This document shows, in pieces, positions 24,013-36,372 of a stretch of 64,000 nucleotides of DNA. Numbering within the stretch: position 1 is the first letter of the stretch; the number at the start of each line of letters is the position of its first letter. A program made the translations under genes and the position numbers. Source of the DNA: Callorhinchus milii (Eukaryota); NCBI RefSeq assembly GCF_018977255.1, contig NW_024704742.1:130140001-130204000 (forward strand), in the 5' to 3' direction. The notes beneath the pieces are model-generated. The model did no database searches. It saw nothing but the letters and a program-made list of their open reading frames with translations, and was not told the origin of the DNA.

Positions 24013-26117
24013 CTGATCAGTGATGTTCTGTAGCAGGTGTCTTCCTTGTTTTGTTTTTAGAGTATTAAGGAGCTACATGAGTGAACGTCTTCACCGTGTA
24101 CCATATGGGTTGATGTCTGAGGTGTTCCAGCTCCAGTTAGTTGGGAGTGGATGTTAAGTTGGATATGATGCTATTCACTTTGTAAAACTCGGTCATAAAT
24201 TGTACACCTTTACATTTGTGACCCGAGTGTTGACTGAAAAATCAACATTATACTAAATCAAAACATACAACAAATTATTCAGCATCGCTTTGCCGGATTC
24301 TAAACTTGACTTAGAAACTCATTCCATATGCTATCTCTGCTGGGTGTGCTGCTCCACTTTATTTCCTGCTGAAAGCACCCTGGGTTGGCTGGCTCCTCAT
24401 GAGGTATATTACTTTACTGTGTTTGAACTGTTGGGATCCACAGGGGCAGGTTCAGGTTAGTTAAATGGATCAAATGTAATTTTCCTCTGCACTGCATGAT
24501 GCGCCTGTTGGCCTCATTGTACCCAGTATGGACCCTATGTCCTGTACTAACTCCAAGTACTGTAGCTCACAACGTCCATTGTACTTAGTGCAGAATGTTT
24601 AACTTAAGCCGAGTTACACTTTTTTTCTAAAAAAGCACGTGATAACTAAGTGCAGCTTTGACATCCAATATTGCATTTGCCACATTCAGTGTGCTCTCTG
24701 GTGTCTATACTTACAGAAAAGGAGCTCTTGATTTTAAATTTATACTGGATCTATGTTTGTTATGATTTGTCCTCAATCTGCTCCCTTCAGAGTGAACCAT
24801 GGACATGAGGCTATCATAAGGCAATCACTTAAACAGTCTTTAATGGGACGTCCCATTAACGCAATGGTGATCGCTGTTTTTAGTACTCAGCACACAGCCC
24901 ATCTCATTGTCTTTGTAGTGCACAGATAGCTGTGGGTGATAATTTCCGTCTCCTGAAAGCTGAGAAGGGAATTTTTATAAATGCTAATTTTTGAAAATTT
25001 CCGCCTGTTTTGCAGTGATACCAAGTCCAGAATCTTCATTAAATGAATTTACCTAGAGCCTTGAATGCACAGTGCTGTAAACCAAAATGTATACACTGTA
25101 GGATGTGAATAACTTCTGTGATACAGGCAGCGTTTTACTCAACAGGAACCATTCACCTGGGGCTATGGGTAATCTGGGTCAGAGATGTCAAGTGGACCTA
25201 TTTGTGCTTGGGTGTTGGAATAAAGTATTTCTTCTGGTTGCAAGTGCAATGACGTTTCAGGTTGTCCTACCCTATAAATGGCAGGGACATCATGTAGATA
25301 CAGGGGCAAACTTACAAATGGAATACACTGAGAAATGATGCTTCATCAGGACTCGATGACCGGTATTATCCGTGAATGTGTCTGAACATGAGCTGACGAG
25401 CCCCTGGATTGAAAACCTAAAACAAATTGAGGCTTGTCGGGGAAAGCAAATCTATGGCTTGTCAAAATGTTGACATTTTTGCCTGCTTGTCAGATGTTTA
25501 GTATGTGAATATCTTGTGTGTATCAGCATATAATTACCAAAGTTCCTTGGCTTTTGTAAACATACTGTATAGAAGTACAGTGCACTCCAAGTTAAAAGCA
25601 CCCAGTAACTTGCATCTGCTGAATATATGAACAACAATGTTATTGGATCTGTATCATCAGTTACAGGTATTTAGCTGTTTATTGGAATATAAGTTCAGAT
25701 ATTTTATTTCCCCCAAGGCTACTGATGTTTTGAATTTAGCCCTGATCTTTTTAGTCATGTTTCCCTTGCACTATATAACAACCGTTTTTAGTCTAGGGCG
25801 CTTCCCTGCTGTTAGGCTGGATACAATAGTTTTGAAACATTTTAATTGCTAACGTGATTATTGCTGAATGCCATGGTTGAAATAAACAGCAAAAGCAAGG
25901 AGTAACGTTCTTGCTTTTAAGCGCAGTTTATGTGTTTAATGATGAGTCTTAATTTCCAGGTGATACTGGAGCTGCTGAAGATGGATTTTGCCAGGACATT
26001 GTCATGAGTATGTTTATGTTGGTTTTGGAAAAGTGCTGTAATATACTTTGCTGCTCAAGTTGGGTAATTATTGTTTTGCTGTATGTAAATTCTAAAATCT
26101 TTTATAACTATGTTTTG

Positions 26118-26123
26118 AATAAA
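26118..26123 (+). terminator. Candidate CREB3 poly(A) signal (others at 25219 and 25881)
   Basis: AATAAA at the end of a ~2.1 kb stretch after the stop with no recognisable interspersed repeat. Confidence 0.5.
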
Positions 26124-27497
26124 TCGTTCACAAAGGTAGTGAATATTTGTATTATTATCCATCTTTTGCACATAATTACTCCACAATCCACAGTTTTGCC
26201 TTGCCTTGCCTTGCTGGTAATCATTGCAATACCGTTCTGCTTTGTGGAAGTTTCAATTAGACAACTGGTTTCCGGAATTACAGCACAGCCCATGCCAGGT
26301 CTCAGAGCTGTCCATTTAGTCCCAATCCCCCTGCCATCTCCCCATACTCTTAATCAAATGAGGATTATTACAAAACAATACACACTTACATTTATATAAA
26401 GCCTTTCAAATCGGGAGGATGACCCAAGGCATTGGACCGTCTAAGGTTTGCACCCGAGCTTGGGGTGAAGATGTCCAAAAGCGCACATTAAAGTCTATAT
26501 ATTCCTTTTTCAAATATGTCTAATTTCCTTTTAAAATCTGTTCTGGATTCCGCATCAACTGCTTTTGGTACAGCATTATATATCCTAATAAATCCTGTTT
26601 CAAAAAAAAATCAAATTTTTTGGCAATCTTAAATTTATGCCCTCTATCTACACCAACCTGAGAAAATAGTGTGTCTCTACTTCTCAAAACCCCCAGATTA
26701 CAACAACATTTGTATAATTTTGTCTAAAAGAAAATTCTAAACCGCAGTTTGTATTTCTTTTTGGAACTTTGTAAAAAGCTCAAACTATCTGGTTTCCACA
26801 AATTTCATCAAGTACTTTAAAGTTCAGTTACAGCCTTGTAACTTTTTAAATTATAGAAATAAACTCCAAAATTCAAATTTATTTACCATAAAAAGAATAA
26901 TGCTCCAATTAAACCATTTGCAGGAAAACTTTAAGCACTTGCTTCTGAGGAATTTTTAATACTTTTTTCTATAGATGTTACTAACACCAACACCTTTAAT
27001 AATTTATGAAGTCCTATATTTGAGCTCTTTAAAATAAATGTGATGCGTACCCTGAGGGTGCCAGGTTCCATTGCCCTGCCTTTTCAGTTAGCTCACCTCA
27101 CCATGACAGAAATAAGTAGTGCAATTATTCAAAGTGGCGTGTTGGATGTAGAGAATATCTAACTTGGATCAATTGCATCTCTGTGATTGAACAGCTGGCA
27201 ACTTGACAGAGATTCTTCGAGGTTTGTTAGTACTTGTGGGAACCATTCCCCAACATGAGTCTTCTACTCTCAGGAGAGAGAGGAAACCCTCCAACATTTG
27301 CCAGCCCTTTCATTACTTATGTAGGTATTTGATTTAATAATATTAATAATTTAATAATAATAATCCTTGCATGTTATGTAACTCCTTTCGCATAGGATCA
27401 CTGTAAAGTGTAATGAATGTGTATTTCTAGGCAAATGTGGCAGCCTGTCTGTATTGCTTGTAGGTCAGTCACCTTGTGCGATTTAAATTCCAGTTAG

Positions 27498-27503
27498 TTT
27501 ATT
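27498..27503 (-). terminator. Candidate FAM166B poly(A) signal
   Basis: AATAAA on minus strand ~230 nt past the stop codon. Confidence 0.4.
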
Positions 27504-27730
27504 TTTCTGTCAGCCTATTTAAATCACATTTACAACAAACATTACCTTCACATTCCTTGTTTGTGCATTTTCTTTACACATAAAACGCCTGCAAAATCAT
27601 AAAGCAGTCTAATTAATTGTGAATTGTAAAAATACTGAATCTTCATAAGCTCCTAGTGCTTGATAGCTGAGTGAGAAGTGATCAAGTGATCAAGAAGTGA
27701 TCAAGCGGTTTGTCTCGTTGGTACTTGTGG

Positions 27731-27784
27731 TCAGTGTGTTGCGCTTATGGTCTTTCTAGCTGTGCCCAAATTGAAACTTGGTTT
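27731..27784 (-). CDS. FAM166B: FAM166B exon 6
   Basis: TTTTATTTACAG| acceptor; ancestral frame KFQFGHS*; current frame [17 protein letters not shown]. Confidence 0.72.
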   Translation of the reverse strand, partial: KPSFNLGTARKTISATH

Positions 27785-30700
27785 CTGTAAATAAAAGAAC
27801 ATTAACAGAATGTTGTTAACTTCATTACATGTTTTTTTTATATTCTGTAGTCTAGTATTGCAATACTGCATAAAATAATGCTTGGCAAGGTTCTTAAGGC
27901 TTGCTGGTATCTGTGGAACCATTTCACCACTTTGAGTGAGGGAGGAAACCCTCTCACATTCGCCAATCCTTCTCCAATAGCTTTTAGTCAAGTCAGTGGC
28001 TATAGTGGGTTGTCAAATAGATTCAGAAGGTTCAGTTCCCTATAATAATAATATAATAATAATAATCCTTGCATTTGATATAGCACTTTTCACATCTTCT
28101 AGACATCTCAAAGCGCTTCACAGAATAGACTGTAAAGTGAATTGACTATATTTGTGGGCAAAACGCGGCAGCCAATTGCACACAGCAGTGTCCCACAAAC
28201 AGTCTAATCTCTATTGAGTTACAATGATCTTAATGTGCATACACGAAGAGTGGGGAATAGGAGGGAAGGGAGCTTTTGTGACTTATAAACATTAGTACAA
28301 AGTCATTGGGCTGTAAGATCTGTTTGTGTGATGTATCATTCTATATAACTGGGACAGCAGTTAAGGTCCTGCAATTGATCTCAGTACCCTTTGGCTACAG
28401 ATCAGAAAATCAGCCAGCGTTTTCTGCCACTTACTGATCACCACTTAGTGGAAAATGCCTGGGTGTGGATGCTGTGTATAAGCTTGCCTCAATTGCCACT
28501 GTCTGTCTATAGACCTAACTATGAAGAATGACCATTTGGAGTTGGGGGGGGATATAATATGTGGAATTGTATCCCAGTCATTTCCCTCAGGAGAGGAAGA
28601 GGGAAATAAGTGAACAAATGTTAACTCAAACCAATATCAAGGTGCAATACTGTTTTACTGCTTCCACTACGATTGATGATCTCCCTGTTTTGGGCAGTTT
28701 CTTGCAGAGAACAGGGTTCAGGTATTGATTGCATTGTGTCAGCACTAGAAGTTTAGTCTTGTTTTGAATTCATTTCAGACAAGACAAGCCTCAGCCCATC
28801 TGACAGAGCACAAATGTCTGTTGACCTCATCTCTCTCAATGTGCATCTTGTGAGTTGATGAATTATCTTCAGTGGAGCAGTGATACCTATCATGGTGGAT
28901 GTTGGCATGTAATCCATTTTATAACAACAATTTGCATTTATATAGAGCCCTTCATGCAGGTTAACGTCTCGGAGTGCTTAAAATACAAATTAAAATTTAC
29001 ATTAATGTAGCGTTTTTCATGTCAAGATATCCAAAGGCACTCTTAATTTATTAGTATCCTATTCTGTACTACTAATGTAAATGTACAAGTGTTTAATGGG
29101 ACTCCTAAACTCTGTGTGTGGGAAGAGGGTGAGGGTAGGGTTGGGAAAGAGGCCAATTATACAAAATAAAACAGCTGCTGATGTGGAAGACCCATATTAC
29201 TGAAACATCCATGTATCATGTATCTTTATAACACAAAACAACTCAGGAACATCTTACCTGGTGCATAGACTGAATAGTGGGGCAGCACATCCCAGTCAGG
29301 GGACAGGCAGACTTGATCCTCGGTAGGCCTTCACCTTCTTTCAAAGAGTTTCCAACAGGAACTGGTGAAGTCTTTGATCTATTAAGCACCCGACTGAACT
29401 CGATCAGAGCTTTGTTGGTGATAATGGGGTAGCCAGCGCCAAACAGAAACTGTGCACGTGGAACAAACCCTCTGTATCCTGTGAGAAACAGTGGACTTAG
29501 TTTCTTGGCGCTTGTGAAACAACTGCACAGGCCATGTAAATACTCAACATATGATTTGCTTATTACAAAAAATCCCAATTTGTTTGTATAAAGACCCCGT
29601 AACAACAAACAAATATATTTGTAATAGCACCTTTCATGTTGGGAGGCATCCCAAGTTGCTGGACAGTCAAGAATTTGGACTCGAGCTGGGGATTGTGGTC
29701 AGGAGGGGTGGAGGGCAGGAGGCTGACCAAAGGCACGGTCAAAGAGGAGGCACTGAAGGAGGGAACAGAGGGGGCGAGGTGAATGGACTGTGGGATTGAG
29801 TTCCAAAGGATGAAAGGCTGAAGACCCGACCGCTGATGGTGTGGCGCGCGGGGGGGGACACGCAGGGGGTCAGAGTCCTCTGAATATCACTCCACTGACA
29901 TTTTGGTAATCAAACTTTTGAGGGTGTGTGATAAGGTAAATAATAATAGTAAATAATAAATGAGGAGAAACTATTTCCAGTCACCAGCGAATTAGTGAGC
30001 AGTTGATATACATGTAAAATCAGTAAAACAAAATTAAAAAATCACAAAACGATGAAGAAAGGCCCTTCACCATCTGATCCACCCACCCTACCGCCATCCC
30101 ATCGCTGCATCAAGCTGCTTTTTAAATGAGTCCAGTGTCCTGTCCAGTTGTTAATTAAGCCCTGCTTAAAGAAAAGCTTCCTGGTATCTGGTTGATACCA
30201 GAATTTGATTTACACACGGCGTTGTTAGGACTCTCCATCAAAAACAGTGGATGAAGCAGAATCCATGATTGCATTTGATAAGAAATTAGACATATTTAAT
30301 AATAATAATAATAATATTTACAGTGGAAGCCACTTAAGGTGGATACGTTGGAGCCGGCTGTTTTGTCCGGCTTAAGTGGCGTCCGGAGCAATCACAGTTC
30401 CCTTTCCGTCCAGCAAAGGAGCAGAGGAAGGCGCCTCCTCCCTCCCATTGCCGTTCCCATTGGATGGGAAAGGGACCATTTAGCGGTGGGCACTCCACCC
30501 ATTCACCAGCGGCTCCAGCTGTCAATCAATCATAATTTGACTCCTCCCATTCCCTCCCTTGTTTCTTCCCTGTTCCTCCGATCTCTCATTGATTGACAGC
30601 CCAGAGCCGCTTATGAATGGTTGGAGTCCGGTGTCAGTCAATCGCAATTTGACTTCTTCCATCTCCATTCTGGAACTGCTTGAGACACAGAAGGCTGAGT

Positions 30701-33700
30701 GAGTTGATGTAGTGAGGACCAACGCAGCATTTTGTCCCGATCAACTGGAACTTTGTCCGAATTGACAGATATATTTAAAACACGTAAGAGTTCAAATGTA
30801 TCGGGGCCGGGTATTTTGTCCAGTTTACCCAGCATCCAGCTGAAGAGTCCAGTTAAAGTGGCTTCCACTGTATTTGAAAAGGAAAAAATATAAAATGGGG
30901 AAAGGACAGAGGATTGGGAGTAAATGGATGCATTTTTCAGATAACCAACATAGAATTGATAGGCCAAAAGGAGAGGTAAATTTCTCTTATTCTATTGTTT
31001 CCAGCAACTTGGGACTTTCTTCCAACATGAAAAGCGCTATATAAGTGCAATTTGTCGTGGACAAATTATTTATTTTTGGAATACGTTTGAGTTCCACAAA
31101 TATACAGTACCTGGTGACGGTATCACCAAGTAAATTATTTACGGTCCAGAGCGTCACTTCAATACAATGCTGGGAGTGTGCTGCATTGTAAAAGGTGTCC
31201 TTCAGATGAGACCCTAAAACTGAGGACCCATCTGCCTGTTCAGGTGGACGTTAAAGGTTTAATGTCACTACTGTTCTTGGAGAAATGAAAGGGTTTTCTC
31301 CGGTTTCCAGGTCAATAGTCCTCTAGATGAAATTGGTCATTCACTTCATGGCGGTTTCTGGGGTATTGCTGTGTGCACATTAGCTACAGTGTTTGCCTAC
31401 AAATACATAGTCAATAAAATCCTGTGAACCTCTTTGAGATGTTTCAATGTTATGATAAGACATTATATCAAATGCAAAGATTATTATTATATTATTATTG
31501 CTTGCTTTGTGCCTTTCTCTACTCTTTCCTTCATTCGTTGAAGCAGAAGATTTTACACCACAAATTATGTAGGCTTGGAAAAAAGCCCTTCAGACATTCT
31601 AGATTACTCAGTGCAGCCTTGTTGAACGTAGTCAGAAATGGTGAGAAACAAATTCATTTCGTGAGTTAGCACAGAGTATAGTTTCCAAGGCTCATTTTCT
31701 AAATGCATGTCAGCAAACAATCAGGCATTCAGGTACTTGGTGTAAATTATTCATCGTGGAAAGGATAGCTTTGAAGTGAAAAGGTAACATGGGTTCAGGA
31801 AATCAAAACAAAATAGGGGGCGGAACCAAATACTCAAACTATTCAAAAAGAGAAGGCAGTTTCTACTGGTGTCCTGACCAACAATCGCTAGATAAAAAAT
31901 ATTCATCCATGGTTGTTTGGGGAACATTACTGTGTGCAAAACTGACTGCCACATTTGCCAACAAGTAGCCACTCACTACAACAACAACAACTTGGATTTA
32001 TGTAGCGCCCTCCATGCCAGACAACGTCTCAGATCGCTTCACAGTAATGGATCCCGGGGCACTACTCTCTACAGTGAACCTGTGAAGTGTTTTGAGTCAT
32101 CCTTCCTACATGAAAGGCACCATATAAAATCCAAGTATTATTATAATACCTATTTAAGTGATGGAAGGGCTGGCAAATGTTTAATTAGTCAAATTGATTT
32201 TCCATGCAAACATAAAGCTACAGCTCTGTGAGGTGAGAGCAGGGATGTATTTTATTGCCGATACTGACATCCTTGCTGGAAGCGGGAAGATATACTATCA
32301 AGTCTCTGATAGGCAGGTGTTGGAGAATTTCTGACATGAGGGTTAGAAAATACCTTTAAAAGGAGCCAGAGAAGGTGCTCCTAAGGTATGTGCCTGAGTT
32401 TAACAGGACAAATCAAAGCGTGGGCTTAGCTTAGTGCTTCCTATGGTGACACATCTTCACAATTTGTGACGACACAAACCTACATGTCTATCCAGTGGAG
32501 TCCTGTAGCTCAGCAGTTAGAGCACTCGCTTTGCAAACGAGACACCTGGGTTCAATTCCAGGCAGGGCGAAACCTTGGGCAAGTTTCCTTACTCCACACG
32601 CCTAATAATAATCCCTCCAAAATAAAACAATAATAAATTGGTCATTTTCAATCCACGACTGTTTGTGGACACTGCTGTGTGCAATTGGCTGCCGCGTTTC
32701 GCCCACAAATATACAGTCAATTCACTTTACAGTATTCTGTGAAGCGCTTTGAGACGTCTCGAAGACATGATAAGGCGCTATATCAAATGAAGGATTATTA
32801 TTAGAATCCTTGAATTTGATCATGTCATTGAGACGGCTCAAAGCGCTTCACAGGATATCCCGTAAAGTGGATTGACTGCGTACTTTGTGGGTAAAGCGTG
32901 GCAGCCAGTTGCGTAGAGCAGTGTCCTGCAAACAGCCATGGAATGAGTGACCGATTTTATTTGAGAGACCAATAACTCAACAAATATATAATGCTGCCTT
33001 ACATAGAGTGATACTACATGGAAACAGGCCATTCGATCCAATTAGAGCTCAAACAAAGATAGACCAACAATAGTAGTAAGCTATATTATATTCAAAATTA
33101 ACCTTGATCTCTCAGTCTCACCTGAGATAAAGTGTTTGTGGGGGTTTTCATTTGCCATTAGGTACGGAGAGCCCAGAGCTTTGTAGGAATAAGGTGAGTT
33201 GTAAGGAGGAATGCTTGTTCCCGTGGGTCTGAGAGGCATGCTGCACCTGACTGTTAGAAGCTGAAAGGAAAGAGGGAAATATTTAATACAGATTAAAAAC
33301 TAGTATAAGAGTACTGGACTGAGGAGAGCCCAACCCTCATAAATTACAGTCAAAAACTACAACCACAGGTGCTGTGCAAATGTGTTTGTACTCCTGTACC
33401 AATCACAATGCATTTCAATCATTCCTTTACACCTGAGAATGACACAATTTAATCATATCAATAATAATCATAATAATCCCTGCAATTGGCATAGCGCCTT
33501 ATTACGTCGAAAGCACGTCTCAAAGCGTTTCACAGGATTGACTGTGAAATGAAGTGGCCGTGTATTTGTTAAGAACATGGGAACAGGGATAGGCTATTTG
33601 ATCCATTAATCCCACTACGTCATTTTATTAGTTTGTGGCAGCTCTTTATTTTTCCAAATTCTATTTTTCTGCCTTTTCTCCACAGCACAAGTACTTTTCG

Positions 33701-36372
33701 AGCATCTACAGTGCAGCCATATTGACTTCTGGGTCATCAGGTCACCTTCTATGTCACTTCCCATACAATGTGCACAGAAAGTGACATTGGCAGCAAACTG
33801 ACAACTTGTAAATAAGTCATTTGTAGCCAAGAGCCAAGAGGCAAATGAAGGTGAACCAGCCAGATCTGCAGCTCGTAGGACCAAACATATTACTATTAGC
33901 TTATTATAAACATATTCTGGACAAAAAAGTAGCACAGATACAGTTACTTTTTTTTCTTGCTCTGTTCTTGCTTTGCGGTTCCCAGACTGCAGTGAGGTGA
34001 TGAGTTCCAGCTCCCGTTTCTTGGTAGCAATCTTGAGTTGTTCTCTCTCAAACTGCCTGATTGCATCTTTGCAGGTTTTCGTGTAGGTTTTCGAAAAATA
34101 GTGTTCCATGTTGGGAATGAATCCTGCACAGAGGAAACGGTCTTACCTTTGCAACATTATAGGTGTGTGATAGCAAACGCACTTTGTCAACTTAGCTCAG
34201 TGGTTAACGCTCACCTCTGGATTGGAAAGGTGTGGGTCAAGCTCTGATGTCAGGACTTAAGTACGTACCGGGAGAAGAGAGAATGCATTGGCTAATTGCA
34301 ACCAATCTCGAAGAAAGAGGGATCTACTCCAATCAACATGGATCGATGCACATTAACAAACCGATTCCTCCATCAAAGCCATTGTATTGATACGATTAAC
34401 CCATTGCGGTGAACTTTAATAACCTGTCATAAGCATTAATTTGATTTGATGAAATGTATAACTTTGATATGCATTTATTTGCTTGTCTTGTATTAAATTT
34501 TACTATTTAAGAGGAAATTTGTGTCAGTTGATACTTCACCACAGGGTCACAAATTTAATTAACCCTTTGCAGTACCAGAGGAGCAGTGCCATGAAAAGTG
34601 CCATCCTCTGGTTGAAATGTTAAACCAATGTGTCAACATTTCCCCTTTTTCCCCCTTCCAAAGTTGGAATCAATAAACCAACCTGTGTATCCGGGGATCA
34701 TTACGTCATTCAGTTTCTGGTCTGCCCAGCTGACTTTACAACTCCGGAGCTGATGGTTCGTTCCCTCATCAATGCTGGGAGCTGGTAAGTGGGTTGGCTG
34801 AAGAATTAATCGGCCAGAACGTGCTATCCCAGGATCTGTCAGCAGCTTAGAGGTCAACTTGCCATAGGATTGCCCCACACTGTACTTATACTGAGGACAA
34901 TAGCCTCCGTACCTAAAGAGATGTCCCAGGAACAGGGCAGCCATTATTCTTCATAAAAGTAACTTGAATATTTAGTTGAAGATCATGGAATCCAATACAA
35001 CTTTAGCTAACTGGACTGAAGAAGAGTTACCTTCAATAATATAGATATAACATTCACCAACGAGGGAGCAGAGAGGAACAGCACAAAACAGTTGTTTGGT
35101 CACTCAATCCACAACTGTTTGTGGGACACTGCTGTGTGCAATTGGCTGATGCGTTTCATCCACAAAATATACTGTCAATTCATTATACCGTATATTCTGT
35201 GAAGGTCTTTGAGACGACTCAATATTGAGAAAAGGCACTATATCAAATGTTAGGATTATGATTATTTATTATTGTCCCAGAAAGCATCAGTCAATCCCCA
35301 TCTTAACTACTGGGTCTTGTCACTTAATCGTAAGGAAATATATTATTGCACTCGAGAAATAGAGGTGATTAGCTATTTGTTATTTAAGCTCTAAGGAAAA
35401 TTAAGGAAGTTAGATAGGTGTAATGTGATTTCACCCCCGCTTATAAAATAGCCTATCAGCATTGACTGCCGAGACTCACATCTGAGGTAAATGAAATGTT
35501 TTTTTTGAGAGAAGCAAATTTCCGTGATAAAGCTTAGAGGACTAAAGGTAAATTCCAGAACTTTTTAAGTGAGAAAGTTCCAGAGTGATGATATGCCCTG
35601 TTTGATCCTTTTGTTTACAACACTTGTTGGATCCTTTTTAAGTTTTTTTTGAAGTCAGTCCACTTTACAATACATTTATTTAAATATATATTTTAATTTT
35701 AAAAAAATATATTGTGAATTAATATATTTAATTAATACATTTACACCATTAATATAGTTAATTAATATATTTACACCACTAATATATTTAATTCATATAT
35801 TTACACCCCTAATATACTTACAATGTTTTTAAACAGATTTTTTAAAGTCAATCTACTTTACAGTGTATCCTGTGAAGCACTTGAGACATGAATAAGGCGC
35901 TATGTCAAATGCAAGGATTATTATTATTGATAATATTATTTTTAACAATGAACCAAGTAACGAACACACATTCTCCCTCTCCCTCTCTCTCTGCAGTCTT
36001 TCAAAGTGTCAGGAGTTGTTGCCATGGGAAAGCCAAACACAGCGTTGTATCTGAGTAGACTGAGCAGAATCGTTTTAACCTTTAAATGTTGGAATAAGAA
36101 AAGACACATTTCTTTTTTTTATATACAAAATGGGAAATGGAAGGTGTTTGCTGTGTGCCGGAGCGTACAGATTGCACTCAATACATTGCACAAGGCAGTA
36201 AATATACAGAGATATATATTATATGTATTTTTTATATATATATACATATATATAAACGTATTCGAAACGTGGCTCTCTAGCTAGACTGGGACGATCTCGC
36301 TTACCCGGGGATGTAGTGAGGATCCGGAGTCATTAGTATTGAGCTGATCTTCGGTGGGAATTGCTTTGCCAT
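27731..36372 (-). CDS. FAM166B: FAM166B/CIMIP2B ciliary microtubule inner protein, 6 exons, 295 aa, frameshifted C-terminus
   Basis: Exons 36372-36305, 34912-34683, 34123-33948, 33260-33122, 29478-29258, 27784-27731 (888 nt); motifs [52 protein letters not shown]. Confidence 0.88.
29258..29478 (-). CDS. FAM166B: FAM166B exon 5 (contains apparent 1-nt deletion)
   Basis: [27 protein letters not shown]...; CAG|GTAAGA. Confidence 0.88.
30321..30870. mobile_element. Tc1/mariner (Tigger/pogo-like) non-autonomous MITE, 550 bp
   Basis: TIR CAGTGGAAGCCACTT (15 bp perfect, ~23 bp imperfect); TA duplication at 30319-30320 and 30871-30872. Confidence 0.88.
32497..32802 (+). mobile_element. tRNA-derived SINE, full length
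   Basis: GGAGTCCTGTAGCTCAG head through (ATT)n tail. Confidence 0.9.
33122..33260 (-). CDS. FAM166B: FAM166B exon 4
   Basis: [10 protein letters not shown]...[24 protein letters not shown]. Confidence 0.88.
33948..34123 (-). CDS. FAM166B: FAM166B exon 3
   Basis: [24 protein letters not shown]...EQEKK|GTAACT. Confidence 0.88.
34683..34912 (-). CDS. FAM166B: FAM166B exon 2
   Basis: [27 protein letters not shown]...MIPGYT; G|GT. Confidence 0.92.
35731..35820. repeat. 30-bp AT-rich minisatellite, 3 copies
   Basis: ATTAATATATTTACACCACTAATATATTTA-like unit. Confidence 0.85.
36018..36031. promoter_or_regulatory. RFX X-box-like site in FAM166B intron 1
   Basis: GTTGCCATGGGAAA versus consensus GTTGCCATGGCAAC; paralogous GTTGCCATAGGAAT at 36862-36875. 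Confidence 0.5.
36305..36372 (-). CDS. FAM166B: FAM166B exon 1
   Basis: [30 protein letters not shown]. Confidence 0.88.

Noticed and set aside
25240..25352. Hammerhead in the CREB3 3' UTR (minus CTGATGA...GAAAC)
   Set aside because: The core halves are about 80 nt apart with no convincing stem II
30638..30967. 109-aa ORF as an extra FAM166B exon or transposase
   Set aside because: Mostly inside the MITE; no PYG or DDD/DDE motif seen; exons 4 and 5 already join in phase
35731..35820. Regular ~30-bp repeats as a CRISPR-like array (also 4221-4303)
   Set aside because: Head-to-tail tandem copies without unique spacers, in eukaryotic DNA
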